From Calditrichia bacterium (GTDB lineage Bacteria > Calditrichota > Calditrichia > RBG-13-44-9): a DNA stretch of 22,276 nt. The translations under genes were made by a program, and so were the position numbers. Location of the stretch: positions 1 to 22,276 of the forward strand of contig JARRQT010000059.1 in NCBI GenBank assembly GCA_037381445.1, given 5' to 3'. Of the stretch, positions 1-9,157 are shown piece by piece. The notes beneath the pieces were generated by a model. It had not been told where the DNA came from. It worked only from the letters and a program-made list of their open reading frames with translations, and made no database searches. Position 1 is the stretch's first letter. Each line of letters begins with the position of its first letter.

Positions 1-1
1 T

Positions 2-1960
2 CGGAAAGTGACTTTCTCTTTTCATCTCCGGCCGGATGAACGTCTTTATGGTCTTGGAGAAAAATTCCTCCCACTTAATCAAATGGGTCAACGGATTGTC
101 AGCTGGACCCGGGATGCGCTGGGTTCTACCAGTGAAAAATCCCATAAAAATATACCGTTGTTATGGAGCACCCGGGGGTATGGACTTTTCATTGATTCAA
201 CCGCCAGAATCACCTGGGAGTTGGGAACGGTCTCCTGTCAGAGTGCGACGATCACGATCGAATCTGAAAATCTGGATCTGTATCTGATTTATGGTCCTTC
301 GCCTGCCGAAATACTGCAGCACTACGCAGAGCTGACCGGCCATGCACCACTGCCTCCTAAGTGGAGTTTTGGTTTGTGGGTATCATCAGGAGGCACTTAT
401 CGTAACCAAACCTCCATGGAACGGCTGCTGGATGGTCTGGAAGAGCACAATCTTCCCGCCGATGTGGTGCACATTGATCCCTGGTGGATGAACTGGCGGC
501 AATATTGTGATTTTCGCTGGAACCGGGACGCTTTCCCGGAGATTGAGAAGTTTATCGAAGCCCTGCATAATAAAGATCTGAAGCTTTGTCTGTGGATTCA
601 GCCGTATATCTCGGTGGAAAGCGATCTGTTTGAGCACGGCCGGAAAAATGACTATTTTCTGAAAAAGCCCGACGGGGATATCTATGTCATCAATTATGGA
701 CTTTCTTTGGCACCCCGTCCCGATGGAATCATCCGGACGGCAGGAGATAAAGACGGCTGGAATGCTCCTGTGGCTATCGTGGATTTTTCAAAACCCGAAG
801 CTGCGGATTGGTACCGGGAGCTTATGAAGCCGGTTTTGCAGGACGGTGTGGATGTATTTAAGACTGATTTCGGCGAGGATGTCCCCGAAGATACCTGTTT
901 CAGCAATGGACAAACCGGTAGGACCATGCACAATTTGTATCCGCTGCTCTATACTAAAACAGTATTTGACACCACCTGGGAGGTAAAAGGATATGCCGTT
1001 GTCTGGGCCCGTTCCGGTTGGGCCGGCAGCCAGAATTACCCGGTGTGCTGGTCTGCCGATCCGGCTGCCGACTGGGCCAGTCTGGCGGCAACCATCCGCG
1101 GCGGCCTTTCCATCGGGATGTCGGGAATACCTTTTTGGAGTAATGATATTGGCGGCTACCGGGGGATGCCGGAACCTGAGTTGTACATTCGCTGGGCGCA
1201 GTTCGGTTTGTTTTGCTCCCACAGCCGGATGCACGGCGATAGTCCCCGGGAACCCTGGCATTTTGGGGCAGAGGCCCTGGACATTGTCCAAAAATATGTG
1301 AATTTGCGCTATCGCCTCTTTCCTTATCTCTACAGCACCGCCATCGACAGCAGTCGCAGCGGCATGCCGGTCATACGCGCCATGCCACTTGCTTTTCCTG
1401 ATGATCCCAATGCTCACGATAAGGATCTGCAGTATATGCTGGGGGAGTCGATTCTGGTGGCACCGGTGTATGACCGCAGCCGTTTCAGGACGGTTTATTT
1501 CCCGGCGGGGGAATGGATCGACATGGAGGATGGCAATATATACCGGGGGCCGGATAATATAAAAGTGCCAGCTCCACTGCATAAACTGCCTCTTTTTGTC
1601 AGACGCGGAACGATTCTCCCAATGATGAATCCGGCGATGCACATTCCGCAGGAAAAAGTCGATCCGCTCATTCTGCATGTTTATCCGGATTCCCGGAGCA
1701 GCTATAATTTTTGGGAAGACAACGGCGTCAGCCGGATTCGCTGTGAAAAAGACTCGCAAAACATTGTTTTTAAAATTAACGCAGAACTTGAGCGCTCGTA
1801 TGTGCTGAAATTTTGGCAAGTTGAGCATTTCAGCGAAATTATTTTGCAAAAGAACGGCATCAATAAAGGAATTGATCCAAAGACTGTTGAGGTAAAAGAT
1901 GATTTTTTAACAATCAAACTTGCCCGTACCAAGGCGGCCGGGATCATCATACTCCTCTAG
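2..1960 (+). CDS. GH31 glycoside hydrolase, YicI/alpha-xylosidase-like (5'-partial)
   Basis: Motifs YGLGEKF, KNIP, PPKWSFGLW, FKTDFGE (YicI-type nucleophile Asp), WSAD (acid/base position), WSNDIGG, SHSRMHG, REPW, QYMLG. The frame is open to the window edge (cgg aaa gtg), so the true start lies upstream. Confidence 0.92.
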   Translation, partial: RKVTFSFHLRPDERLYGLGEKFLPLNQMGQRIVSWTRDALGSTSEKSHKNIPLLWSTRGYGLFIDSTARITWELGTVSCQSATITIESENLDLYLIYGPSPAEILQHYAELTGHAPLPPKWSFGLWVSSGGTYRNQTSMERLLDGLEEHNLPADVVHIDPWWMNWRQYCDFRWNRDAFPEIEKFIEALHNKDLKLCLWIQPYISVESDLFEHGRKNDYFLKKPDGDIYVINYGLSLAPRPDGIIRTAGDKDGWNAPVAIVDFSKPEAADWYRELMKPVLQDGVDVFKTDFGEDVPEDTCFSNGQTGRTMHNLYPLLYTKTVFDTTWEVKGYAVVWARSGWAGSQNYPVCWSADPAADWASLAATIRGGLSIGMSGIPFWSNDIGGYRGMPEPELYIRWAQFGLFCSHSRMHGDSPREPWHFGAEALDIVQKYVNLRYRLFPYLYSTAIDSSRSGMPVIRAMPLAFPDDPNAHDKDLQYMLGESILVAPVYDRSRFRTVYFPAGEWIDMEDGNIYRGPDNIKVPAPLHKLPLFVRRGTILPMMNPAMHIPQEKVDPLILHVYPDSRSSYNFWEDNGVSRIRCEKDSQNIVFKINAELERSYVLKFWQVEHFSEIILQKNGINKGIDPKTVEVKDDFLTIKLARTKAAGIIILL

Positions 1961-2027
1961 CTTTTTGGATATTAAGACGGTCCTGCAGAATTAAAATTAT
2001 CATTAAAATTAAGAAGAAGGCAGGAAG

Positions 2028-3182
2028 ATGACAGAGAAAAAATCCTTCCACAGCATTTGTCGCTGGACGTTTAATTCAGGAAAAGGCGGTTTTGTCCCCT
2101 CAAATATCCGTCCGGGTTGGAACGAAGATAAATTAGACACAGCCGGTGTCATTCGATTAATCAAAGAGAAAGTAATTCCTCGTCTGCCACAGCATGTCGT
2201 CATAGGCTTCGAAATGCATTATGACAATGAAATAAATGAAAAAAATGCAGAAGAAATTGCCGCAGTACTGCAGGAAACTGATATCTACCTCGCAATGATT
2301 ACGCCTGGGGCGCATATCCATTTTGCCTATGGCGGAATTGCTTCGCTGGATAGCAAAGAACGAAGGATGGCGGAGGAACTGGGGGAGCGTACCGTTGATA
2401 TGGCCTATGGGACCCTGCGCAAAGCATGGTATCCGAAGGAAGAACAATATCCCACGCTGGTATTGTGGAACGGTTCTTACGGGTATGACCTTGCGACAAC
2501 CGCCGTGAAGCAGATGTATCGGAACTTGAAGGAAAGCATCGCAAGACTTTGCGATTATGATGCGAGGAAAGGTGGCGAGCTTTTTATTGGTATCGAACCG
2601 AAACCAAATGAAGGGCACCCGGCCATGCTGCTTCCTACCGTCGCCAGCAGTCTGCTTTTATGGAAAAAGCTGGAGGAGGAGTTTAGCATTTCCCCGGAGC
2701 GCAAAGGTGTTAATAAAGAATTTGGCCACTCGGAAATGGTGGGGTTGGACCCAGTATATGACACGGTAGAGGAGCTTGACAATAATGCCATGGTGCACAT
2801 GCATGTTAATTCGCAGGGATATAGCGATGGAATCCTTTTGGGCGGTCCTGGCAAATTTGACATTGACAATGGCGCACGGGTGAATGGAATGAATATCGCT
2901 ATTGCCGATCTGACCTTAAAAGCAGGATATCATCGCTGGAAGGGACACGATATGCAGCCAAGGCCTTATGATAATGAAGAGCAGGCAACTGATAGGGTGG
3001 TGCGAAGTATCCTGAGTTGGGAGGCTTGTGAGAAAGCGGCATCTGATCTGGACGAGGGATTGTTAATGGAGCACCTATCCAGAAGAGAAACTGCTAAAGC
3101 TGAAGATATGATGCGCCAAGCCGTAATGTTGGCGCAAAAATATTTTAATGAGATGTATGGTAGCAGACTGCAGCCTGAATAA
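2028..3182 (+). CDS. Xylose-isomerase-like TIM-barrel sugar isomerase, substrate uncertain
   Basis: RWTF, HYDNE, WNGSYG, IEPKPNEGHP, NKEFGH, HMHVNSQ, FDID and GHD line up with the xylose isomerase motif series. RBS-like AAGGCAGGA upstream. Confidence 0.85.
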   Translation: MTEKKSFHSICRWTFNSGKGGFVPSNIRPGWNEDKLDTAGVIRLIKEKVIPRLPQHVVIGFEMHYDNEINEKNAEEIAAVLQETDIYLAMITPGAHIHFAYGGIASLDSKERRMAEELGERTVDMAYGTLRKAWYPKEEQYPTLVLWNGSYGYDLATTAVKQMYRNLKESIARLCDYDARKGGELFIGIEPKPNEGHPAMLLPTVASSLLLWKKLEEEFSISPERKGVNKEFGHSEMVGLDPVYDTVEELDNNAMVHMHVNSQGYSDGILLGGPGKFDIDNGARVNGMNIAIADLTLKAGYHRWKGHDMQPRPYDNEEQATDRVVRSILSWEACEKAASDLDEGLLMEHLSRRETAKAEDMMRQAVMLAQKYFNEMYGSRLQPE

Positions 3183-3267
3183 AGTTATATTCCCAATCGA
3201 CAGAATATGAAATTCCCGTTTTCGAAGAAAATTGTCTAGAAAAAGACGGATTTGAGAGGATGAGCGT

Positions 3268-4281
3268 ATGAATAGTCGGGAGCTTGTAAGAAATATTATC
3301 AGTCGCAAGGAAGTTCCAAGATGTGGCTTCTGGCTGGGAAATCCTCACCCGGAAATGTTGCCGATTTTACTGAATTATTTCAACTTGCCGGATGAGGAAA
3401 CGTTACGCCTGCAATTGGGTGATGATATACGCTGGCTGACACCCCAATATTTTCCTGGCATTTACCGTCATCCTGAAGGAAAGGGGATCTTCGATCTGTG
3501 GCAAAACAAAAAATCTCTGGGGGAAGCCGGTCCGCTGGCGGGATGCGAGAATGTTAAGGAAATTGATAATTATGAATGGCCTGATCCTGACTATCTCGAT
3601 TTCTCAGGATTCTTACCAGTCCTGGATAATGCTGGTAATTATTACCGGGCAAGCGGATTCTGGGCACCTTTTTTCCATGATATTGCCGATCTTTTTGGAA
3701 TGGAGAATTATTTTTTAAAAATGTATACTAATCCGGAAGTTGTACATGCCGTTACGGAAAGAGTGTGCGGATTCTATTTGGAGGCTAATGAGCGTTTTTT
3801 CCATGAAGCAGGAGATTTGGTGGACGGCTATTTTTTTGGTAATGATTTTGGCACTCAGATGGACCTGCTCATCACTCCGGAGCAGTTCGAAGAGTATTTG
3901 CTGCCATGGATCATCCGTTTTGCCGAGCAGGCTCACAGGCACGGTTGCCAGGTATTGTTTCATTCCTGCGGCTCGGTTGCCAGGATTATTCCTTTATTGA
4001 TCGAAGCTGGGGTAGATTGTCTTCATCCCCTGCAGTCTAAAGCGAGCCGGATGGATGCCGGTACTCTTGCGAAAGAGTTTGGCGGCCGGCTTGCATTTAT
4101 GGGGGGAATCGATACCCAGGATGTTTTGGTAAATGCATCCGCTGAGGAGGTACGTGAGGAGGTTCGCCGGGTAAAGAGGTTACTTAGTCCAAACCTGATC
4201 ATCAGTCCAAGTCATGAAGCACTTTTGCCCAACGTCCCTCCTCAGAACGTGCTTGCCATGGCAGAGGCGGCCCTGGAATAG
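3268..4281 (+). CDS. Uroporphyrinogen decarboxylase (URO-D)/MtaA-fold family protein
   Basis: LFGMENYF, GNDFGTQ, FHSCG, GVDCLHPLQ, FMGGIDTQ, SPSHE, NVPPQN. RBS GAGAGGA. Confidence 0.85.
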   Translation: MNSRELVRNIISRKEVPRCGFWLGNPHPEMLPILLNYFNLPDEETLRLQLGDDIRWLTPQYFPGIYRHPEGKGIFDLWQNKKSLGEAGPLAGCENVKEIDNYEWPDPDYLDFSGFLPVLDNAGNYYRASGFWAPFFHDIADLFGMENYFLKMYTNPEVVHAVTERVCGFYLEANERFFHEAGDLVDGYFFGNDFGTQMDLLITPEQFEEYLLPWIIRFAEQAHRHGCQVLFHSCGSVARIIPLLIEAGVDCLHPLQSKASRMDAGTLAKEFGGRLAFMGGIDTQDVLVNASAEEVREEVRRVKRLLSPNLIISPSHEALLPNVPPQNVLAMAEAALE

Positions 4282-4330
4282 TAATTCCAATTTTTATTAA
4301 CTTGAAATATTTGGAGTGGGAAGATTTTAG

Positions 4331-5335
4331 CTAACCGTTGAAGACTTTCAGTGCCCGAAAAAATGCATCGATATTTGCCTGAGGGACTCCCGGCGGTGTG
4401 TCGCAGCCGCTGGATAGCACAAAATTGGAATGCCCGCGGGTTGCCTCCAGCAACTTCCGGGTAGCTGTATAGACTTCTTCCTCCGATGCCATTTTCATGA
4501 CATTCACCGGATCAAGATTTCCCATGATTAATATGCTATCATCAATCGCATCAAGCGCTTTCACGATATCGCAGCGGTTTCCGAAATGCAGTCCGGCAGC
4601 ACCGGTATTCTGCATGGTTTCCAGAAGGGGATCGGTATTGCCGCAATTGTGCAGTACAATCATAAAGTAATCATCCTGCAGGGCGCTGACCAGTTGCCGT
4701 ATATAATGGGAAGAGAAAGATTCGCACATATCGGGAGACAGCATCCCCGCTGCGGGTTCTGCTATAAATATACCGCTGGCTCCGCAATTTTTGAATTCCT
4801 GGATATAGTTTGTTAAAAAGGCTGTGCATTTTTCCAGAAGCAGTTGCACAGGTTCCGGATCCAGCAGCAAGGCAGTCATGATTTCTGTCATGCCCAAAAG
4901 ACGTCCCGCCAGGCTGAATGGACCGATGCATCCGGCAAACACCGGACGGTCATCTATAGCCTGAGCAGCCTTCCGGGCCGCTTCCACATATTGTGGCAGC
5001 CGGCCAGCCTCCATTTTGGGCAGAGAAAGAGCGCGGATTTTCGCTTCGTCTTTCAGCAGAATATCGGCAACGGTAGGGATCTCATGTTCAGCAAACTTAA
5101 CCTGCGCACCAAATGCCTCGGCTTCCACCGAAAGATCCATGATCATTGTAGATGCTGCGCTGGGGTAAGACTCCGCCAGGCTCCGGATTGCCTGATACTG
5201 CACCTCGCCTTGTTTCACTGCTTCTTGAATTGTGGCTCCGATAGCCTCGATGCCCGGATGGGTCATGACCGGGATTGCTGCTCGTGTCTCCCTTTTGATC
5301 AAAGTTTCCTTCCATTCCCTCATGTTTATTTTCAT
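4331..5335 (-). CDS. MtaA/CmuA-like methylcobamide methyltransferase (URO-D superfamily)
   Basis: DLSVEAEAFG, GRLP, GPFSLAG, AEPAAG, LHNCG and SSGCD (His-X-Cys...Cys zinc-binding set of MtaA-type enzymes), MGNLDP. RBS AAGGGGAG. Confidence 0.87.
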   Translation of the reverse strand: MKINMREWKETLIKRETRAAIPVMTHPGIEAIGATIQEAVKQGEVQYQAIRSLAESYPSAASTMIMDLSVEAEAFGAQVKFAEHEIPTVADILLKDEAKIRALSLPKMEAGRLPQYVEAARKAAQAIDDRPVFAGCIGPFSLAGRLLGMTEIMTALLLDPEPVQLLLEKCTAFLTNYIQEFKNCGASGIFIAEPAAGMLSPDMCESFSSHYIRQLVSALQDDYFMIVLHNCGNTDPLLETMQNTGAAGLHFGNRCDIVKALDAIDDSILIMGNLDPVNVMKMASEEEVYTATRKLLEATRGHSNFVLSSGCDTPPGVPQANIDAFFRALKVFNG

Positions 5336-5550
5336 TTATTCTCCCCTTAGAAATTTATATTCTGCAGAGTCAGCTTTTCCACGATTCGCTGCGTACTGAT
5401 AGTAAGTAGTTATTTAAACGGTGCCATTTTAATCAGAACCATATGAATCCGGGGCCATCCGCTTTCGGAGATCGCACATTGATGCGCCCTCCGGGTTATG
5501 TTGTTATTTGATAAGGTATAATCAACATTTAACGTAAATTTACATACCCG

Positions 5551-8500
5551 CTAACTCTGGGTCAGATAGCTGAATGAATTTAACAGCAGTCTTTTGAGAA
5601 TCACCGGCTGCATTCCGCTCTGAGCCCCGGTCACTCCTCCGGCCATACCGGGAAGCGTAAAAAACAGGATCCTGCCTTTTCCCAGGGTGGAGGTAAAGAC
5701 TGCCGCCCCAATATTACGGTCGTGATCGCGGCCGTATCCCACAAAAACCTGAACGTTTTTTCCATCCAGCATAATGCCCTCCGAACCGCCAACTGGTACC
5801 TGGTAATAGCTTCGCATGGCCTGATTCACCGGTAATCCTTCAAATACTGGATTTTCCCGGATAAAAAACCAGGAGCCCATCCAGGAGGCCCGCACATTGC
5901 CAACATGACCGAGGTAATCATAAGCACCGGCTTTGCCAAGCAACTTCGCATATGCATCGGCGGCTTCGGAACCGTCCGGGATCAGAAGCAAGGGTGTTCC
6001 CTCCTTTACTTTCTGAATCACTCCACCATCGATATTGAGCTTCTGGCCATAAGTCTGCCAGACCAGCCCGTTTTTGTCGCGGTAGGGTTCACCGCCGCAA
6101 TTGATAGCAATAACAGTATCGCCGGCGGTTATTTTAATAGCGCTGAACTTGGCGTAATTTATTTTATGCTCCGGAATGGTAATTTTGATCACACCGGCCG
6201 GGGCATCTACAATGAAGCTGGTGTCAATGGCAATATTCTTGCCGCCGGCGGTTTTGAAGACATCAAAATCATCGAGCACTGTCTTTCCATTGATTGCCAC
6301 ATCGAACACCCGGTTTTCCGGTCCGCTGAGGGTAACTTCTGCGAACCGCAGGGTGACTCTGGCTTTCCCTTTCGGTAGATCACTGAAGATATACTCCAGA
6401 TTCTTGTTATATCCCCAGCTTTCGGTGTGGAACAGGCGGTCATCATCCGTTCCTGAAATCTCAGTAGTTGAATCCACAACAGAACGCCACCCCTGCAGCA
6501 GGCGGGTGGTCGCCAGAATGAGATCGTAGTGATGTCCTGGCTGGTATTTCTCAGCCCGGATACCTGGATAATTATTCAAAGCGCCAATCATTTCCGGAAT
6601 GTGGGTAATGACTCCCAGTTGTTTCTTTTGTGAGACTTCAGGGTGGGTATTCACCACCAGCAGTGTTTCTTCACTAAAAATGTCACTATTCTCTGCATCC
6701 ATCAGTTTGAGAAGATACCGACCCTCTTTTGTCAATGGGGGAGTGGTAAGGGCTTCAGCAATGGGGTAGACAAAGCAATCTTTTTTCCATTTCGGGACAG
6801 AGTAGCTGCCAAATGCTGTCTCCCCGCTATCGGGACTTATCATGGATAGCTGCAGCGTTTTGGAGGCAGGCTGGTTGGTTTCATTAAGCAGGAAAATATC
6901 CATAGTGTCTTTTTCACCTGCCGCCACCACCAGGGCCCGCGGCTTTATAACCGGTCGCAGATGGGCAAAACGGCTGTGCAGCAATTCGGGATTTCCCTTA
7001 AAATTGCGAAGATTATCCACCAGGCCGGAATGATTTTCAATGGATGTGGACTCCCAGCCACTGATTACCAGGAAATCGTTCTCATCCGACAAACGAGCGG
7101 TTTCAATGACCCTTCCCCAGAAATCATAACACTTGTTGCCAATACTCAGGAAGAGGGATTCATCGGTGGGGAAAGCCTGGCGGAATCCCCAGCGGTCAAG
7201 GAATTTGGCATATGCGTCTTCTACCTCAAGGTGGTCTTTCAGATCATAGCTCTCACCGCCGTTTGCCTTTATCTGTCGGATCAATCGGGTGTGATTATCC
7301 GGAACTGCTGCACCCAGCATTTCTCCCCAGGTCACAATTTCCTTGCGATTATCGGAATGGTGGGTGAAATCTTGCGGGTTCTTATACATATTGTCCAACC
7401 AGACTCCGGGGCCGCCCACCGTGTGCCGGTCCCACCACCCTGAATACCCATTCCCACGGTCGCAGTATATCGTGGTATCGTAAGGCTGCATCCAGACCTG
7501 GTTAACAGGAGGAATACCGGATTTCAGCACCACTATGCGGCTCGGATCTTCTTGATGAATTCGCCGGATAATACGGAAAACGCGCGGATTCTTTAAATCG
7601 GGATTGATTTCATTCTGAACACTATAAAGAACCAGCGATGGATGGCGGCGGTGATCCCGCACCATCTGCATGATCTTCGCTTCCATATATTTCTCTGCAA
7701 AGGTTTTTGCATCACCCTGTTTGCCGGAGGTATCCAGCGGCTTTTTGGGAGAATCCGCATATAAGGTGTATTCTTCGCCCAGTGCTGTTTGCCCGCCGCC
7801 CGGTTCCATATAGCGAAGCAGGCCCAGTCGGTCCTGGGCATCGAGAACTTCTGTCTTTCCCACATTCCGGTGAAACTGAATACAATTCATACCAAAAGCT
7901 TTGGCATCCTTCACTTCCTTCTCTGCCAATGCAGGAGATGGCCACAGCCCGTTCATACCCCAGAATCCCCAGGAAATGGCCGATATCAGACGAAGCCGTT
8001 TGCCGTTCAGACGCAGCACTGCGTTATTTCCGATGCCATCCGCCTCAAACCAGCGGAATCCAAAAGTGACCTCCCTGGTGTCTTTAAGATGCTGGCTAGT
8101 GCTGGCAGATGTGCACTGGATATTGGCTCTCAGCCGGTAAAGATTGGGATGATCCGGATCCCATAATTGCGCATCGGGATAGCTGAGCGCCTCATCCAGC
8201 AAGAGAGTCATATTTCCGTTGATCTTAAAAGGCTTTTGGATGCGGCTCACCACTTTGTCCGCTTGAGAAGGATCGATGATTTCGTAAGTTATGGTGCCTT
8301 TTATATCTTCTCCGGAGGCGTTCGTTAACTTGGCCTGAGCCTTGATAGTAGCGGTCTTGGGAGTATTCATGGCCCATAGATCGTTCACATATACTGGATC
8401 ATGGGCCCTGATTGTCATTCCGCGATCGAGTCCCCCAAAACCATGACTGGAGTGAAACCGGTATTTCCCCCAGGTAAGGTAGCGCGTATCCACCCAGTCC

Positions 8501-9078
8501 ATTTCTCCGCCCGGATTGGTAATGCGGATCGCTAAAAGGTTCTTTTCACCGGGCAGCATTGCCTCACTGAGATCACAATTGAAGGCGGTTTCATTGATAA
8601 TACTATACCCAACCAGTTTCTCGTTCAGATAAACTTCCGCCCGCAATCGTGCCCCTCTGATATGCAGGATAACTTTTTTCCCTTTAAAATCCGCCGGGAT
8701 ATCGATGGTGTGCCACCACCAGGACACCCCTTTGTAGTTTCCGTTCTTCACCTGCGGATCTTCTGTCTCAAAGTAGTACTCGTTTTTGTAAGGACGGTAG
8801 CCAAATGCCCCCCAAAAGTGTTCCTCCACGGGGGATGGTAAGGTGATTTCGATACCATGGGAAGAATTCAGAGCTTCCCATCCTCCAGAGGGAGGATTTA
8901 CCGGCAGTCTGGCAAGATCCACCTCATCCGGCAGATAGATATCGTCATTCTCCCAGGCCGCAGCTGTATCGGGCCAAAGGCGCCAACCGCTGTCCGGAAC
9001 CTCAATAATCTGTCCCGCCTGCAGCAGTGCATAGATGACAAGGGCAAGAATCCATGGTAGTAATTTTAGGCTACGCAT
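5551..9078 (-). CDS. Secreted GH2-family glycoside hydrolase with an inserted malectin-like module
   Basis: Signal peptide MRSLKLLPWILALVIYALLQA; GVSWW sugar-binding domain; LWDPDHPNLY; FGFRWF; LNGKR; RHPSLVLYSVQNE (acid/base); WGE (candidate nucleophile); malectin motifs VTLRFAE, RVFDVAING, FDVFKTAGG, FSAIKI. RBS GGAGG. Confidence 0.85.
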   Translation of the reverse strand: MRSLKLLPWILALVIYALLQAGQIIEVPDSGWRLWPDTAAAWENDDIYLPDEVDLARLPVNPPSGGWEALNSSHGIEITLPSPVEEHFWGAFGYRPYKNEYYFETEDPQVKNGNYKGVSWWWHTIDIPADFKGKKVILHIRGARLRAEVYLNEKLVGYSIINETAFNCDLSEAMLPGEKNLLAIRITNPGGEMDWVDTRYLTWGKYRFHSSHGFGGLDRGMTIRAHDPVYVNDLWAMNTPKTATIKAQAKLTNASGEDIKGTITYEIIDPSQADKVVSRIQKPFKINGNMTLLLDEALSYPDAQLWDPDHPNLYRLRANIQCTSASTSQHLKDTREVTFGFRWFEADGIGNNAVLRLNGKRLRLISAISWGFWGMNGLWPSPALAEKEVKDAKAFGMNCIQFHRNVGKTEVLDAQDRLGLLRYMEPGGGQTALGEEYTLYADSPKKPLDTSGKQGDAKTFAEKYMEAKIMQMVRDHRRHPSLVLYSVQNEINPDLKNPRVFRIIRRIHQEDPSRIVVLKSGIPPVNQVWMQPYDTTIYCDRGNGYSGWWDRHTVGGPGVWLDNMYKNPQDFTHHSDNRKEIVTWGEMLGAAVPDNHTRLIRQIKANGGESYDLKDHLEVEDAYAKFLDRWGFRQAFPTDESLFLSIGNKCYDFWGRVIETARLSDENDFLVISGWESTSIENHSGLVDNLRNFKGNPELLHSRFAHLRPVIKPRALVVAAGEKDTMDIFLLNETNQPASKTLQLSMISPDSGETAFGSYSVPKWKKDCFVYPIAEALTTPPLTKEGRYLLKLMDAENSDIFSEETLLVVNTHPEVSQKKQLGVITHIPEMIGALNNYPGIRAEKYQPGHHYDLILATTRLLQGWRSVVDSTTEISGTDDDRLFHTESWGYNKNLEYIFSDLPKGKARVTLRFAEVTLSGPENRVFDVAINGKTVLDDFDVFKTAGGKNIAIDTSFIVDAPAGVIKITIPEHKINYAKFSAIKITAGDTVIAINCGGEPYRDKNGLVWQTYGQKLNIDGGVIQKVKEGTPLLLIPDGSEAADAYAKLLGKAGAYDYLGHVGNVRASWMGSWFFIRENPVFEGLPVNQAMRSYYQVPVGGSEGIMLDGKNVQVFVGYGRDHDRNIGAAVFTSTLGKGRILFFTLPGMAGGVTGAQSGMQPVILKRLLLNSFSYLTQS

Positions 9079-9157
9079 TTTTATATGCCTCCAATTATTG
9101 ACTATGCGTTAAATAATGCGATGTATCAGAATCCCGGAATGAGGTCTGCTGCTTATT

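Noticed and set aside
788..1849. 353-aa minus-strand ORF and the other short overlapping ORFs in the track
   Set aside because: They are antisense or out-of-frame shadows of well-supported genes, with no recognisable motifs.
2028..3182. Assigning the symbol xylA
   Set aside because: Several XylA-invariant positions differ (WGGREG, the DLN ligand) and there is no xylB in the window.
3268..5335. Calling either URO-D-fold gene hemE
   Set aside because: Both lack the N-terminal RQAGR motif of true uroporphyrinogen decarboxylase, both carry HxC metal motifs, and no hem genes are nearby.
5507..5525. TTGAT...ATCAA as an FNR box
   Set aside because: The spacer is 8 bp, not the required 4 bp.
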